A stretch of 64,000 nucleotides of DNA, from NCBI GenBank assembly GCA_964586065.1, contig CAZPFW010000001.1, positions 28,086-92,085 of the forward strand, in the 5' to 3' direction. How positions within the stretch are numbered: position 1 is the stretch's first letter; every line of letters begins with the position of its first letter. Origin of the DNA: an uncultured Candidatus Saccharibacteria bacterium. GTDB lineage: Bacteria > Patescibacteriota > Minisyncoccia > Minisyncoccales > CSSED10-335. A program made the position numbers and the translations under genes. Positions 46,016 to 55,180 of the stretch are shown piece by piece. A model generated the notes under the pieces. The model was not told where the DNA came from. It saw only the letters and a list, made by a program, of their open reading frames with translations, and ran no database searches.

Positions 46016-46687
46016 TCAAAGTTTTATCTGCTTCCACTCCCCTTCTTTCAATCTTCCCAATCTGTATCTGTCTATTCTTACTCGTTGAAGATCCGTTACG
46101 GTTCGTCCAAAAGCTTCAAACATTCTTCTGATTTGTCTTCTTTTTCCTTCGGTCATTACGATCTTGTATCTTTTGGGAGAAATCTTTTCCATCTCTGATA
46201 TCTTTGCCACAGACTTTTCCCCTATATCAACCCCTTTCTTTAGTCCTTCGATTATCTTTGCACCCACTTCCTTACCTAACTCCACCTTATATTCTTTTTC
46301 ACAAGCAAAAGAAGGGTGAGTCATTTTATAGGTGAAATCTCCGTCATTAGTTAATATCACCAACCCTCTACTGTTTTTATCCAATCTACCAACCACAAAG
46401 AGTCTTTCCTTTGGCGAAACTAAAGAAAAAACATTCTTCTCTCCCGGAATCTCTCTGTTGGTGCAAGTATATCCTTTGGGTTTATTGAGTAAGATATATA
46501 CTCTATCTTTTTTTGAAGTTCTTATCCTTTTTCCTTCAACAACTACCGTATCTTCCTCATCTACTCTCATACCTATAGTAGCTAATCTTCCATTAACTTG
46601 AACTTTCTTCTCTTTAATTAACTCTTCCGCCCTTCTTCGAGAAGAGTAACCGCTATCCGCTATGTATTTCTGTAATTTTACTTTCAT
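46016..46687 (-). CDS. 16S/23S rRNA pseudouridine synthase, RsuA/RluB family (S4 domain + PseudoU_synth_2)
   Basis: N-terminal S4 (KLQKYIADSGYSSRRRAEELIKEKKVQVNG) and the catalytic GRLDKNSRGLVILTNDGD. Confidence 0.8.
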   Translation of the reverse strand: MKVKLQKYIADSGYSSRRRAEELIKEKKVQVNGRLATIGMRVDEEDTVVVEGKRIRTSKKDRVYILLNKPKGYTCTNREIPGEKNVFSLVSPKERLFVVGRLDKNSRGLVILTNDGDFTYKMTHPSFACEKEYKVELGKEVGAKIIEGLKKGVDIGEKSVAKISEMEKISPKRYKIVMTEGKRRQIRRMFEAFGRTVTDLQRVRIDRYRLGRLKEGEWKQIKL

Positions 46688-46778
46688 CTCTCTTGTTTAG
46701 CCTGACTTCTAAACATTTTACCGCTTTTTTAGCTTATCTTAACCGATCTTATTGATTTTCATTTAATGTTTGACAAAA

Positions 46779-47414
46779 TTACTCTTCCAAATCTCTGGCC
46801 GCGGGATGACTACGATGCGATTCTATAAGAACCAATTCATTATCATCATTTAATTTAAGAAAAATGCTTTTGCCAATGGATGGCTCTGCCGTCATCGGTT
46901 CATCTTCGCCCCTTTCGGCATAGTTAACCGCAACAATCCCCTCGCCTATCTCCCCTATTGTTTGAGGAGCTATTCTATCACCGATAAAATATCCATTGGA
47001 GCCGATATAGCCATCTTCACTGTTTAATGCGGCAACTATATAATAGAAAGTTCCTGTTCCACCAGTCTGTTGGGTTATATAAAAAACAAGATCATCCAAC
47101 CCGTCACCATTAAGATCAGTCACTAAATCATTCCCAAAATAACTTGTGATTATCTTGGAAGCAGAATTTGGAATTGATTCTTCCGTATAACCGTCTTCCA
47201 ACTTAACTTCAACATCATTGATTTTGTAAGCGATACTCTTGTAGTCATCTCTATTTGGCTCACTGACTTCTCTTTGGTTACAGAAGACAACTATTCCTGC
47301 AATAATTGCGATTAAGATGATTGCGTATAAAAGTTTCTTTTTCATTGATTTGTTAATTACTTTCAAATTATCTGTTCTAAAACAAAATCCAACTTTTTCA
47401 TGAAAATAAAACAA
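46779..47414 (-). CDS. secreted/membrane-anchored hypothetical protein. The likely start is the internal MKKKLL.
   Basis: Signal-anchor helix then a Gly/Asp-rich region; no known domain. Confidence 0.4.
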   Translation of the reverse strand: MFYFHEKVGFCFRTDNLKVINKSMKKKLLYAIILIAIIAGIVVFCNQREVSEPNRDDYKSIAYKINDVEVKLEDGYTEESIPNSASKIITSYFGNDLVTDLNGDGLDDLVFYITQQTGGTGTFYYIVAALNSEDGYIGSNGYFIGDRIAPQTIGEIGEGIVAVNYAERGEDEPMTAEPSIGKSIFLKLNDDNELVLIESHRSHPAARDLEE

Positions 47415-47605
47415 CTATCACTATCAAATTATAATTAAATAGGGTTTTATGCTCATTACTATCAATGTCAGTATACTGTAGCCCCTTTTCTTTGACAAGT
47501 TGACCTTATTCGATATATTCACCTACAATAAATGACAACTATTCAATATTTTTAAATATTTGATTCAATTTTTACCATGTTGTTATTATGATAAAATTAT
47601 AAGAT

Positions 47606-48229
47606 ATGGTATCAAAAAATAGGATGGAGAAAATAATTTCACAATTAATTTCAGAAAAAATTCTAAAAACTCCCGAAATAATTGAAGCTTTTTTATTCAT
47701 TGATAGAAAAGACTTTGTTCCGATAGAACATCAAGTGTCAGCCTACGAAGACTGTGCATTACCCATTGGATATGGTCAAACCATATCACAGCCCTACACA
47801 GTAGCTTTTATGCTTGAACTCTTGGGCCCAAAAGAGAAGGATAAGATCTTAGATGTCGGTTCCGGATCCGGTTGGACTACCGCTTTGTTATCAAAGATAG
47901 TTGGAGAAAAAGGAAAAGTCTTTGGTTTGGAAAGAATTCCTGAATTAGTTGATTTTGGCAAAAAGAACTTGTCAAAATACGGCTTCAATAATTATAAAAT
48001 AATGCAAGCCAAAGAAACTCTCGGATTAAGCGAAGAAGCTCCTTTTGATAAGATCCTTGTTTCAGCTACAGCTCAAGACTTACCTCAAGACTTAATAGAT
48101 CAACTGAGAATAGGTGGAATAATGGTAATTCCAATAAAAGATGCGATCTTAAAGATCGTTAAACTATCAGAAAACAAGACTGATACTCAAAAATTTATCG
48201 GATTTGCTTTTGTTCCTTTGATTGAGTGA
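47606..48229 (+). CDS. pcm: protein-L-isoaspartate O-methyltransferase
   Basis: SAM-binding motif ILDVGSGSGWTTALLS plus PIMT pre-motif (GQTISQPY). Confidence 0.85.
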   Translation: MVSKNRMEKIISQLISEKILKTPEIIEAFLFIDRKDFVPIEHQVSAYEDCALPIGYGQTISQPYTVAFMLELLGPKEKDKILDVGSGSGWTTALLSKIVGEKGKVFGLERIPELVDFGKKNLSKYGFNNYKIMQAKETLGLSEEAPFDKILVSATAQDLPQDLIDQLRIGGIMVIPIKDAILKIVKLSENKTDTQKFIGFAFVPLIE

Positions 48230-48341
48230 GTTGGTCTTTAAAAAACACTCGTTGAATTCTTTTGATTGTAAGTTATAAATATCTTTTGAGCCACTATTAT
48301 TGAAAGTTGATTATCCTATGAAACAGTAGTAGCTAAATTAT

Positions 48342-49039
48342 TCAACTAATTTTATCCTGCTTAATTGTATAATTACACTTCGGATAATTAGAGCATCCAT
48401 AAAATGGTCCAAACTTACCATTTCTTTGCACTAAATTACCGCCACAGCGTGGGCATATTTTAAGATCCTCTTTCGGCTCTTCCTTATCTTTTTTAGCCAT
48501 CTTGATGTATCGAACAAGCTTATATCCGTCTATAAGCTCTATTGGTTTATCGTCAGCAAATTTCTCTGCTTCAAGGGTAAACTTATTGGTAGTGATAAAA
48601 TATCCTTTTCCATTAGTAAGATGATCAGCTAAAGCTCCGTAAAAATTCCTTACGTCACCAACAGTCACCTTTGAGCTTATAAATTTTTACATTGGATGTA
48701 ACTTTTAACTCCATCTTTTTCGATAACAACATCAACGCCTTTGTCATATGAGCCTCCCACAGCCTTGGTCTTGTAACCAAGTCGAGAAAATAAATCAGCA
48801 ATGTAATTTTCAAATTCTGATGGTTCCATTCCGCGAAGCCATTGTAACAGATCGCGATCCGAGCGCCATTTCTCTCCTTGCCTGAATTTACGACGAACGT
48901 GCCAATTATTAATCTCTATATCAATTCTGTCAAAGAATAACCTGATAGCAATAATTCCTAAAATAAATAACCAAATCGGCCATAACCTCCATAACATTGG
49001 AAGTGAACTTTTCATTATTTCCTGTAAACTGATTTCCAT
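48342..49039 (-). pseudogene. membrane-anchored Mrr-cat/NERD-like PD-(D/E)XK restriction endonuclease with a C-terminal topoisomerase-type C4 zinc ribbon, split by a +1 frame break in an A5 run
   Basis: ORF 48677..49039 has an N-terminal TM helix and FENYIADLFSRLGY...DKGVDVVIEKDGVKSYIQCKNL*. ORF 48342..48668 continues ...TVGDVRNFYGAL...YFITTNKFTLEAEKFA...ICPRCGGNLVQRNGKFGPFYGCSNYPKC. Reading IQCK+KFISSKVTVGDVRNFYGA across the run TGTAAAAATTTA (forward T5 at about 48684-48688) restores the canonical Mrr block. Confidence 0.6.
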
Positions 49040-49293
49040 AATATTTTTTGTTTTTATTAAAAGCTTTGGATAAAATAATTACTTTAGTGTTATTAAGTGA
49101 ATTTTTGATTTTTCAAACCTTCAACTCTTGATTTTTCTTGACTATAAAAAGACTAAATTTCTTTAGTATATCATTACTTTAATTTAACTATAAACTAATA
49201 TTGAGATATTTAGAATATCTAATTACCCACATCAGTCGTCTGTTTTTATCTTAAACACAACAATGCTTGCAACTCTTTTTTAATAATTGATAA

Positions 49294-49827
49294 TTAATTT
49301 TTTGGAAACTCCTGTTCGTAAATTTTTCTTTCTTTTATATTAAGAAGAATACCCAATTCTTGTTGTAGCATTTCTGTTTCTTTTTGCTTCTCATTATCCC
49401 AAGAAGAAGCATCTAAGTAGATTGCATCGTCAGATATCTGTTTTTTCGAAATAGCTCCGCTTTCAAGAGCATAGCCAATTATATCTTCAGCTTTCGGATA
49501 AATAATTTTAAGAATCATCAAACACGCCTCTAAGTACCCACTCCGTAATTCCCTGTATTTCCCTTCAGAGATACCGCTTGGTCTCGGATAACAAAGAAAA
49601 ACATAAAAAGGGTTTTTCCTATTCATGGGAACGCTAATTCTTACTCTACAGAGGTCCCCAAATTCATTAAGAACTTTATAAAAACACAAAAATTTAATTT
49701 CTTTATCGTGAACTCTTTCGACGTCTCTAAATATTGATAAGAATTTATCTAATTTTTCTTTACTTTTAATTTTCTTATATTTTTCTAAAAAATTTAATTT
49801 TAATATTCCTTCTATATCCCAACTCAC
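49294..49827 (-). CDS. hypothetical protein (177 aa) in an AT-rich islet
   Basis: ORF only, with no recognised domain and very low local GC. Confidence 0.3.
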   Translation of the reverse strand: MSWDIEGILKLNFLEKYKKIKSKEKLDKFLSIFRDVERVHDKEIKFLCFYKVLNEFGDLCRVRISVPMNRKNPFYVFLCYPRPSGISEGKYRELRSGYLEACLMILKIIYPKAEDIIGYALESGAISKKQISDDAIYLDASSWDNEKQKETEMLQQELGILLNIKERKIYEQEFPKN

Positions 49828-49868
49828 TCCAAGAACTTTATATACTAAGTGTTTACCACTTGTTAAGT

Positions 49869-50147
49869 TTATAGTTGGTTTTTCGTTGTTTTTTCTTCAT
49901 TTACTAAAAAAGAGTTATTATAATAAAAAAATAAGTTATTCAACTTTTTAACAGTTTCTATTGCTTCTTTTTCTGCACTACAAAAATTATCACTATTGAA
50001 AACAAGTGTCACTTCTTTTATTTCTCTTTCTTTTTGAAAAAGAATAAAAGCAACATCACAGTTATTAAAGAAAAATTTTCTAGATTCTCTTTCGCTCAAT
50101 ATTAGAAAATGTTTAGTTTTAAAAAATATTTTAAATTTATCTTTCAT
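49869..50147 (-). CDS. hypothetical protein (92 aa) in an AT-rich islet
   Basis: ORF only, with no recognised domain and very low local GC. Confidence 0.25.
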   Translation of the reverse strand: MKDKFKIFFKTKHFLILSERESRKFFFNNCDVAFILFQKEREIKEVTLVFNSDNFCSAEKEAIETVKKLNNLFFYYNNSFLVNEEKTTKNQL

Positions 50148-50241
50148 AATAAATTAAATTTTTGTTTATATTGTAACATTCTAATCTCAAAAAACACACC
50201 TTTTAGGTATGTTCCTCTATCTCTGAGCTAACCCTAACTTG

Positions 50242-50312
50242 CTGCCGGGCTAGGACTCGAACCTAGATTAACGGGACCAAAACCCGTCGTCCTACCATTA
50301 GACGACCCGGCA
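50242..50312 (-). tRNA. tRNA-Gln (anticodon TTG)
   Basis: Manual fold of the minus strand: acceptor TGCCGGG/CCCGGCA, D-arm GTCT..GGAC, anticodon stem ACGGG/CCCGT with loop TTTTGGT (anticodon TTG), T-arm CTAGG-TTCGAGT-CCTAG. Confidence 0.7.
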
Positions 50313-50315
50313 ATA

Positions 50316-51443
50316 TTATCTATTTATACCAGTCATCTCTATAATTACAAGCTCTAAGGGAAGTTGCATTATAGAGGAATACTTCATCTTGTTCTGAGCT
50401 TTGATCATTAAATCCAAAACCACCTTGAGATCTTCTTCTTTGAATCTAGCAGCTTGTTCTTTCATCTTCTTAAAATCTTCATCTGTCAACCCTGCAAGAA
50501 CAGAACTCATTATCGGTGTTCCTTTCTTATCCGTCTCGTCTTCTAAAATCTTAACAATCATCGTTTTTCTTAAATAATCGGTCAATATTTTAGCAAATTC
50601 ACGAAGGTCTTTCCCTCTGTTGATCAATTCATCAATTAACTCCAAGGCTTTTTTGGGATCCTTGACAAGAATATACTCTGTCATCTCTGAAGCAAATTTG
50701 ACGTCAACCAGTCCGAGTAACCCCTCTATGTCTTCAACTTCTATCCTCTTGTCTGAAGGTAAAAATGAAGCGATCTGTCCCAATAATCCTTCGGCGTCTC
50801 GAGCGGCTCCTTCGGAGTTCAGAGCGATAAGCTCAAGCGCTTCCTTTGAGATATTCATCTCCTCTTTTTCAGAAATCAACTTCAGTCTTGAAATCAACTC
50901 GACGAGTGTCAACTTTCTAAAATCGAATCTTTGACATCGAGATATTATCGTGGGAATCATCTTGTGAGCCTCGGTGGTGGCAAGAATGAATATGGCATGA
51001 GGCGGAGCTTCTTCAAGGATCTTTAATAAAGCATTGGCTGCCTCTTTGGTCAATTGGTGAGCTTCGTCAATGATATAGACTTTTTTATTGGATCCAGTTG
51101 GAGCAAACTTAATTCCCTCTTTCAATTCTCTCACTTCGTCTATTCCCCTGTGTGACGCCGCGTCTATCTCTATCAGGTCGATTGCGGAACCTTTTGCAAC
51201 ATCAATACAAGAAGGACATTTTCCGCAAGGCTCGGCTCCGTCTCTCTTTTGACAGTTGAGTGATTTAGCCAACAGTCGAGCAATTGTGGTCTTCCCCGAT
51301 CCGCGAGGTCCGCAAAAAAGATAAGCGTGAGAGACTCTCCCTGATATTATCGCATTGGTGATCGTCTTAACGACATGCTCTTGCCCAACGATCTCTGAAA
51401 AACGTTGCGGTCTATACTTTCTATAAAAAACAAGGTGCGACAT
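50316..51443 (-). CDS. dnaX: DNA polymerase III subunit gamma/tau (short form)
   Basis: AAA+ clamp-loader motifs (RPQRFSEIVGQEHV, GPRGSGKTT, sensor regions) and a zinc-module cysteine pattern (CQKRDGAEPCGKCPSC). Confidence 0.9.
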   Translation of the reverse strand: MSHLVFYRKYRPQRFSEIVGQEHVVKTITNAIISGRVSHAYLFCGPRGSGKTTIARLLAKSLNCQKRDGAEPCGKCPSCIDVAKGSAIDLIEIDAASHRGIDEVRELKEGIKFAPTGSNKKVYIIDEAHQLTKEAANALLKILEEAPPHAIFILATTEAHKMIPTIISRCQRFDFRKLTLVELISRLKLISEKEEMNISKEALELIALNSEGAARDAEGLLGQIASFLPSDKRIEVEDIEGLLGLVDVKFASEMTEYILVKDPKKALELIDELINRGKDLREFAKILTDYLRKTMIVKILEDETDKKGTPIMSSVLAGLTDEDFKKMKEQAARFKEEDLKVVLDLMIKAQNKMKYSSIMQLPLELVIIEMTGINR

Positions 51444-52067
51444 CTATTTCTTAAAAACTATGAATTTAGATCCTACAAAATTCCAAATGAATGCAAACAA
51501 TGTTGCAATGATAGCTGCAATATTAGCCCAAAGCTCATCTGATATCTGATATTTAGGTCCGATGACAATAACTACAAAACTGGCAACTCCAACATTGATT
51601 AGAAAACCAAAAATTGTTACGGATAAGAACTTAAAGAACTCACCGGCCTCAAATTCTTCATCTCTTTTTTCAAAAGTCCAATGCTTGTTCCAAAAATAGC
51701 TGTTAACGGCCGCCACCATAAATGAGATCGCCTTGAATAAGATATAAAATAGTCCTGTCGCTATTCCGGTTCTAAAGATAAGAAGACTCAATACTCCCAA
51801 ATCAACCAAAGTGTTAAGCGCTCCGACAAGACCGAACTTTGCTATCTGATAGATTGCAACAAATCTTTTGCCAATCCATGAGGCAAAAAAGATTCCAATC
51901 AAAGAGAGTAACGATAACCCGATAGGAAGAAGCCAATACCAGAAACCACTTATCGGCAAATCAATATCTGATTCAAGAAGCTTGAAAACCATCAAAGCGA
52001 AAAACCCTGTCAGGGCTCCCACAATCAAACTCATCACCGCATCTCTTTTTTCTAAAATTTTATTCAT
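51444..52067 (-). CDS. GtrA-family membrane protein
   Basis: 4 TM helices with the GtrA-like blocks KFGLVGALNTLVDLGV and WNFVGSKFIVF. Confidence 0.55.
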   Translation of the reverse strand: MNKILEKRDAVMSLIVGALTGFFALMVFKLLESDIDLPISGFWYWLLPIGLSLLSLIGIFFASWIGKRFVAIYQIAKFGLVGALNTLVDLGVLSLLIFRTGIATGLFYILFKAISFMVAAVNSYFWNKHWTFEKRDEEFEAGEFFKFLSVTIFGFLINVGVASFVVIVIGPKYQISDELWANIAAIIATLFAFIWNFVGSKFIVFKK

Positions 52068-52617
52068 TTTTTCGTTTACGATTATAATATAAGAGATAAC
52101 CTATTATTCCGGTAAAGGCAATCCCAAGCAAAACTTGCCAACCAAAAAAATCATTTATCAGTATGCCTGCATTAGATACCAAAAGTACTATCGCTCCCGC
52201 TATCATTACTCCAATTGAGATCACAGGAAAGGCCTTTTTGAATGGAAGATTGAATACAAAAGCTATAAGCGAAGCCGTCCAACCCCCGGTTATGGGTAGA
52301 GGAATTGCCACAAAAAGCAGCAAAGCTAAAAGCCCGTATTTTTCAACATTGACGGAATGCTCTCTTCTTGTTTTTTCAAAAAGAAAATTAAAAAACTTTT
52401 CAAAAAAGATAAAATGTTTTGAGAGCCATTTGGAAAAATCTCCCAAAAAAACGAGTATCAAAAAGACCGCCAAGATATTTCCGGCCACAGATATCAGATA
52501 AGCCAAAATCGGACTCATTTTGTAAAAAGTTAAAGCGATCGGAATCGCAACCCGTAACTCCCCTACAGGAGTCATTGATAACAAAAAAGTCTTGATTAAA
52601 GGCGATATATCAATCAT
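52060..52617 (-). CDS. small polytopic membrane protein (COG2426/small multidrug export-like, uncertain)
   Basis: 4-5 TM helices with GELRVAIPIAL and LPITGGW blocks. Confidence 0.3.
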   Translation of the reverse strand: MIDISPLIKTFLLSMTPVGELRVAIPIALTFYKMSPILAYLISVAGNILAVFLILVFLGDFSKWLSKHFIFFEKFFNFLFEKTRREHSVNVEKYGLLALLLFVAIPLPITGGWTASLIAFVFNLPFKKAFPVISIGVMIAGAIVLLVSNAGILINDFFGWQVLLGIAFTGIIGYLLYYNRKRKNE

Positions 52618-52658
52618 CTGTCTGATTTTACTACAATTTCAATGAAATTAAAAGAAAA

Positions 52659-54569
52659 TTAATCGTCAATTATTTCCATTTCCAAATATTCCGGGCTGAA
52701 TATAGATAAATCTAATTTTGAGATGACATTTGGCATTTCAATAAAGCGAGACAACTCATTGGAATAACCGGCTCTTGATTGAAGAGAGTATGATATATAA
52801 AGCCTCTTCTTGGCTCTGGTAATCGCAACGTAAAAAAGTCTCTGTTCTTCTTCCAGTTCATCTTTTGAATCAAATGAAAAACTGATGGGCAAAGATCCAT
52901 CTGTCATATTCATGATAAAAAGAGTATCCCATTCAAGTCCTTTAGCCGAGTGTATGGTGCTTAATGTTACCATGTCTTTGTTCAAATCAGTTGTCCCCCT
53001 TTCTTGCCCGTCTATCGTAAAATCAATTAAAAAATTCCTTAAAGACGAATATCTACCGCTTATCTCTTTTATCACCTCGATATCTTCCAATCTTTTGTTC
53101 CAATTGTCATAATTATTTTTTAAAATTGGCAGATAGTAATTAAAAATAATCTCTAATCTGTCCGAAACTTTCAAACCCTTGGCCGATGCTTTTTTGATCA
53201 ATTGAGCAAGCTCGGTAACTTCAACAAATTCCGAATCGGCAAGATAATTGAGCGCTTCCTTCAGTTTGGAGCTCTTTGCAATGTTTGAAATCACCCCCTC
53301 CGCTCTCTTAACTCCTATCTTGGGTAATAAAGTAAGAACTCTTCTCCATGACAAGTCGTCTCTAAAGCTGGATATGACTCTCAAGTATGAGATGAAATCT
53401 TTGACATGAGCCATCTCGTAGAACTTTCTTCCGCCAACAACTCTAAAAGGAATTCTTCTCTTATCCAATTCCATCTGTAAAGCTATCGAATGGAAAGATG
53501 ACCTGAAGAGAACTCCTATCCTCTTAACGTCTTCTCTATTGGTTATAAGAGACTCTATCTTGGTAGCTATTCCATGAGCTTCACTGTATTGATCCTTATA
53601 ACAAGTTAATTTCGGTTTCTCTCCCAAATCTTTGTTTCCGGAAACCAATACCTTGGAATATTTCTCTTCCATGTTTTCTAAAACAGCATTGGCTAAATCA
53701 AGTATAGACTGAGTGCTACGATAATTACTTTCAAGAGTTACGATTTTACTCTTTGGAAAAAACTTCGGAAAATTCATTATGTTTTTATGAGATGATCCTC
53801 TGAATCCATATATGGTTTGAGCATCATCTCCCACAACCACTATATTCTGATGATCTTTGCCCAAAAGATATGTTATCTCTCCTTGTATCGGGTTAGTGTC
53901 TTGATACTCATCAACCATGATGTAGTTGTATCTGTGTGATAATTTCTTTCTGATTGATTCATTTCTAAGAAGGAGTCTGAGATTAACCAAAAGATCATCG
54001 TAGTCAACATAATTTCTCTCTTTTTTAGCTTTTCCGTACTCAACCTTGATCGCCTCTATCTCCGATACGAATTTATTAAAATGAGGATACTGAATCTCCA
54101 GAGCGTCCCCTATACTCATTCCTTTATTGATTGATGCGCTGATAATCTCTCTTACCGTCTCTTTTTTCGGGAAATTTTTATCATTGATTCCGATCTTTTT
54201 GACACCTTGATTAATTAAATCTGAAGAATCACTCTCGTCTAAAACCAGAAAAGAGTTTTCAATTTCAATCAAGCCGGAATACCTTCTTAAGACTTTATAA
54301 GCAAAAGAGTGAAAAGTTCCCCCTTCTATCTCTTGACACCTCTCGTCTTTTTCAACCACTCGAGAGAGCATCTCAAAAGCCGCTCTTTTGGTAAAAGTCA
54401 AAAGCAGTATTGATTTTGGGTTTACTCCGCTGTCTACAAGATAGAGAGTGCGGTACTCAATGACTCGTGTCTTACCTGATCCAGCACCGGCTAATATAAG
54501 CATCGGTCCCTTATCATTGGTAACGGCTTCATATTGAGCTTTATTAAGATTTTTTCTGAAATCAATCAC
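52659..54569 (-). CDS. pcrA: ATP-dependent DNA helicase, UvrD/PcrA/Rep family
   Basis: LNKAQYEAV...ILAGAGSGKT Walker A; SF1 motifs including VDEYQDTN and VGDDAQTIYGFRG. Confidence 0.85.
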   Translation of the reverse strand: MIDFRKNLNKAQYEAVTNDKGPMLILAGAGSGKTRVIEYRTLYLVDSGVNPKSILLLTFTKRAAFEMLSRVVEKDERCQEIEGGTFHSFAYKVLRRYSGLIEIENSFLVLDESDSSDLINQGVKKIGINDKNFPKKETVREIISASINKGMSIGDALEIQYPHFNKFVSEIEAIKVEYGKAKKERNYVDYDDLLVNLRLLLRNESIRKKLSHRYNYIMVDEYQDTNPIQGEITYLLGKDHQNIVVVGDDAQTIYGFRGSSHKNIMNFPKFFPKSKIVTLESNYRSTQSILDLANAVLENMEEKYSKVLVSGNKDLGEKPKLTCYKDQYSEAHGIATKIESLITNREDVKRIGVLFRSSFHSIALQMELDKRRIPFRVVGGRKFYEMAHVKDFISYLRVISSFRDDLSWRRVLTLLPKIGVKRAEGVISNIAKSSKLKEALNYLADSEFVEVTELAQLIKKASAKGLKVSDRLEIIFNYYLPILKNNYDNWNKRLEDIEVIKEISGRYSSLRNFLIDFTIDGQERGTTDLNKDMVTLSTIHSAKGLEWDTLFIMNMTDGSLPISFSFDSKDELEEEQRLFYVAITRAKKRLYISYSLQSRAGYSNELSRFIEMPNVISKLDLSIFSPEYLEMEIIDD

Positions 54570-55143
54570 AAGGGTTTTTTAATTGTCTCTCAATCACCTC
54601 AAGAAGTTCGTCCCTGCCTTTTTTTGTCTTGGCGGAGTATCCGATAATAGGAATGTCTTTTGCTTCTTTTTCAATCGACTCTATCTGTTCTTGATAAGAC
54701 AACCGTTTCAATTTATCTGATTTGTTTGCAATTAAAAATATCTTGTGTCGATTCTCAGACAGATTCTCTATCATCTCTTTATCTAATTGAGTCAACCCAA
54801 CCTTTATATCAATCACTAAAAAAACAGCTCTCGGCTTCTTTTTGGCCGACCTGATATACCAGAGAATTCGAGAGATCATCTTGTTTCTTTCTTTAATCGA
54901 CACTTTGGCAAAACCGTATCCGGGGAAATCAATCAAGTAAAACTCGTTATTGATTAAATAGAGATTGGCACTTCTTGTTTTTCCGGGAATTTTACTTGTT
55001 TTAGCCAAGTCTTTTTTGCCAATAATTGAGTTTATCACGCTTGATTTTCCAACATTTGAACGACCAAAAAAAGCTATCTGAGGTAGACTCCCATAATCAT
55101 CACCCATAACGGTTTTTATGAATTTTGCTTCTTTTATCTCCAT
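54562..55143 (-). CDS. engB: ribosome biogenesis GTP-binding protein EngB/YsxC
   Basis: G1 GRSNVGKSS, DFPGYGF and NKSDKL motifs; about 193 aa. Confidence 0.85.
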   Translation of the reverse strand: MEIKEAKFIKTVMGDDYGSLPQIAFFGRSNVGKSSVINSIIGKKDLAKTSKIPGKTRSANLYLINNEFYLIDFPGYGFAKVSIKERNKMISRILWYIRSAKKKPRAVFLVIDIKVGLTQLDKEMIENLSENRHKIFLIANKSDKLKRLSYQEQIESIEKEAKDIPIIGYSAKTKKGRDELLEVIERQLKNPCD

Positions 55144-55180
55144 TTCAAATTGATTTTAGCTTTCCCTTATAGTAAAATAG

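Noticed and set aside
49040-49293. Possible promoter or ncRNA in the 250-bp AT-rich gap inside the islet
   Set aside because: Only low-complexity A/T sequence with weak -35-like hexamers and no conserved structure, so a feature cannot be supported.
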